Source: an uncultured Gemmatimonadaceae bacterium (GTDB taxonomy: Bacteria; Gemmatimonadota; Gemmatimonadetes; Gemmatimonadales; Gemmatimonadaceae). From it: a stretch of DNA of 31,223 nt. The notes beneath the pieces were generated by a model, which did not search any database, was not told the DNA's origin, and was given only the letters and a program-made list of their open reading frames with translations. Positions 29,739 to 31,223 of the stretch are shown here, in pieces. Position 1 is the first letter of the stretch; every line of letters starts with the position of its first letter. The translations under genes were made by a program, and so were the position numbers. The stretch lies in contig CAWHHI010000001.1 in NCBI GenBank assembly GCA_963829055.1, positions 1 through 31,223 of the forward strand, in the 5' to 3' direction.

Positions 29739-31037
29739 GTGCAGCGCCGCAGCTTTCTCAAGTATGCTGGTGCCAGTCTCGGTGCGATCGTCGTCGGCTG
29801 CAGCCGTCACGTCGCGCTCACAGGGCCGGCCTCCCCCGCCGTTCAGCGGGTTCGCCCCGGATTTCTCTTTGCGTCCGGGATCGAGAACAGCTACCCGCTC
29901 CTGCCCGACGGCTCGCGGTACGATCAACTCGACGCGTGCGGTCATTACACACGATGGCGCGATGATTTCAGGCTCGCGCAATCGCTGGGCATCGACGCAT
30001 TGCGTTTTGGGCCGGCGTGGTATCGCACGAACCCGGCGCCTGGTCGATTCGACTGGTCGAGCATCGACGATCAGATGGACTGGCTGCGCCGGTCGGGCAT
30101 CGCGGTCATCGCGGACCTCTGTCACTTCGGCACACCTGGTTGGATCGATGGGTTTCGCGACCCGTCGCTGCCGATCCATCTCGCGGCCTACGCGCGCGAG
30201 TTCGCGCACCGCTACCCGTGGGTGCGGCACTTCACGCCGGTGAACGAGATCTTCGTTGCGGCGAACTTCTCGTCGATGCTCGGCTGGTGGAACGAGTGCG
30301 CGACGGGCGACGAGTCATTCGGTCGAGCCCTGCGGAACCTGAGCATGGCCCACGAGCTCGCGGTTGACGCAATCCTCGCTGTACAGCCGCGCGCGGTGAT
30401 CGTTCAGGTGGAATCGTTCGAGCGGTTCACGCCCGCCGACGAGAGCCCGGCGGCGATGGCGCAGTCGCAGTTCTGGAACGAAGCACGATTCGCCGCTCTC
30501 GACCTCACGCTCGGCTACAGGCCATCACCGGTCATTCGCGACCTCCTTGTCAGCGGCGGGATGACCGAGAGCGACTTCGCGTTCCTGCGCGGCCGGCGTG
30601 GCCGCGGCACGCGGTGGATCGGCGTGGACTACTACATCACGTCGGAGCAGCTGGTGGCGGGCGATGGGAGAAAGCGTCCGTCGCCGGACCGGGTTGGTCT
30701 CGCGACGCTCGCCCAGGAGTATCACACCCGATACTGCCTGCCGATGATGTTGTCCGAGACGAGTCGTGTGTCCTCGCGCGCGGTCGACTGGCTGTGGGAG
30801 CAGTGGCGCGAGACGCGTCGGCTCGCGGAATCGGGCGTCCTGGTGCACGGGTTCACCTGGTTCCCGCTCGGCGACGTCGTCGACTGGCGTCATGCGCTAC
30901 GCGAGAAGCGCGGCGACATCGACCCGATCGGCCTGTACAACATGAGCCGCGAGGCGCGCTCGGTGACGGCGGCGTATGCGAGCCTCATCGCCTTCGTCAT
31001 GCCAGGTAACGTCCGCGCCGCTGCGGTCGTGGGGTAG
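29739..31037 (+). CDS. Glycoside hydrolase family 1-like protein with Tat (lipoprotein) signal
   Basis: FLFASGIENS, GHYTRWRDDF, DLCHFGTP, TPVNEI (acid/base), IGVDYY, LSETS (nucleophile), GFTWFP. N-terminus RRSFLK...VVGC. Confidence 0.88.
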   Translation: MQRRSFLKYAGASLGAIVVGCSRHVALTGPASPAVQRVRPGFLFASGIENSYPLLPDGSRYDQLDACGHYTRWRDDFRLAQSLGIDALRFGPAWYRTNPAPGRFDWSSIDDQMDWLRRSGIAVIADLCHFGTPGWIDGFRDPSLPIHLAAYAREFAHRYPWVRHFTPVNEIFVAANFSSMLGWWNECATGDESFGRALRNLSMAHELAVDAILAVQPRAVIVQVESFERFTPADESPAAMAQSQFWNEARFAALDLTLGYRPSPVIRDLLVSGGMTESDFAFLRGRRGRGTRWIGVDYYITSEQLVAGDGRKRPSPDRVGLATLAQEYHTRYCLPMMLSETSRVSSRAVDWLWEQWRETRRLAESGVLVHGFTWFPLGDVVDWRHALREKRGDIDPIGLYNMSREARSVTAAYASLIAFVMPGNVRAAAVVG

Positions 31038-31052
31038 GAACTGTTCCTCCCT

Positions 31053-31100
31053 GCAACGGCAACAGCAACGGCCATTCACCGCGAAGGATGCGGAGGATTG
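31053..31100. repeat. Short CAACGG/CAACAG iteration, possibly the left end of another intergenic element
   Basis: tgcaacggcaacagcaacggc; the same tgcaacggcaac occurs at 12389-12400 inside the fold-back element. Confidence 0.45.
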
Positions 31101-31223
31101 CTCCGCAACCGGCCAGACGAACCGCTTCGACACACCATCCAGAACCGAGGGTGTGGATGGTTACTGGAGCAGTTCACTGCATCCGCTTCGGAATCGCGCG
31201 AGTAGCCTGACGACGCCGGGACG

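Overview
High-GC bacterial chromosomal window. The gene mix suggests Gemmatimonadota or a similar Acidobacteria-like lineage (inference): PadR plus duplicated ABC-permease pairs, a Ser/Thr kinase-TolB-TPR protein and a PD40-amidohydrolase. It encodes an AraC regulator, an NTF2-like protein, a LytS/LytTR pair, two PadR/permease modules with distinct palindromic operators, a Zn metallopeptidase, an HNH protein, DUF488, MATE + GNAT, an MBL hydrolase, a DUF1801-like protein, the kinase, a DUF6544-like protein, the amidohydrolase, ilvE, an M48/HtpX-like protein lacking its catalytic residues, a PQQ-type beta-propeller protein and a Tat-exported GH1. Many genes carry 1-bp frameshifts, densest at 24.7-29.2 kb; these are most likely long-read errors. 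I saw no rRNA, tRNA, CRISPR array or transposase. The most interesting signals are: (1) the non-palindromic motif CCTAACR, counted by hand 29 times on both strands and mostly built from rare synonymous codons; (2) two inverted copies of a ~130-nt structured module whose outer stems differ in sequence but both still pair; (3) an unannotated promoter, 26-aa leader peptide and terminator upstream of MATE-GNAT; (4) several families of intergenic palindromic repeats.
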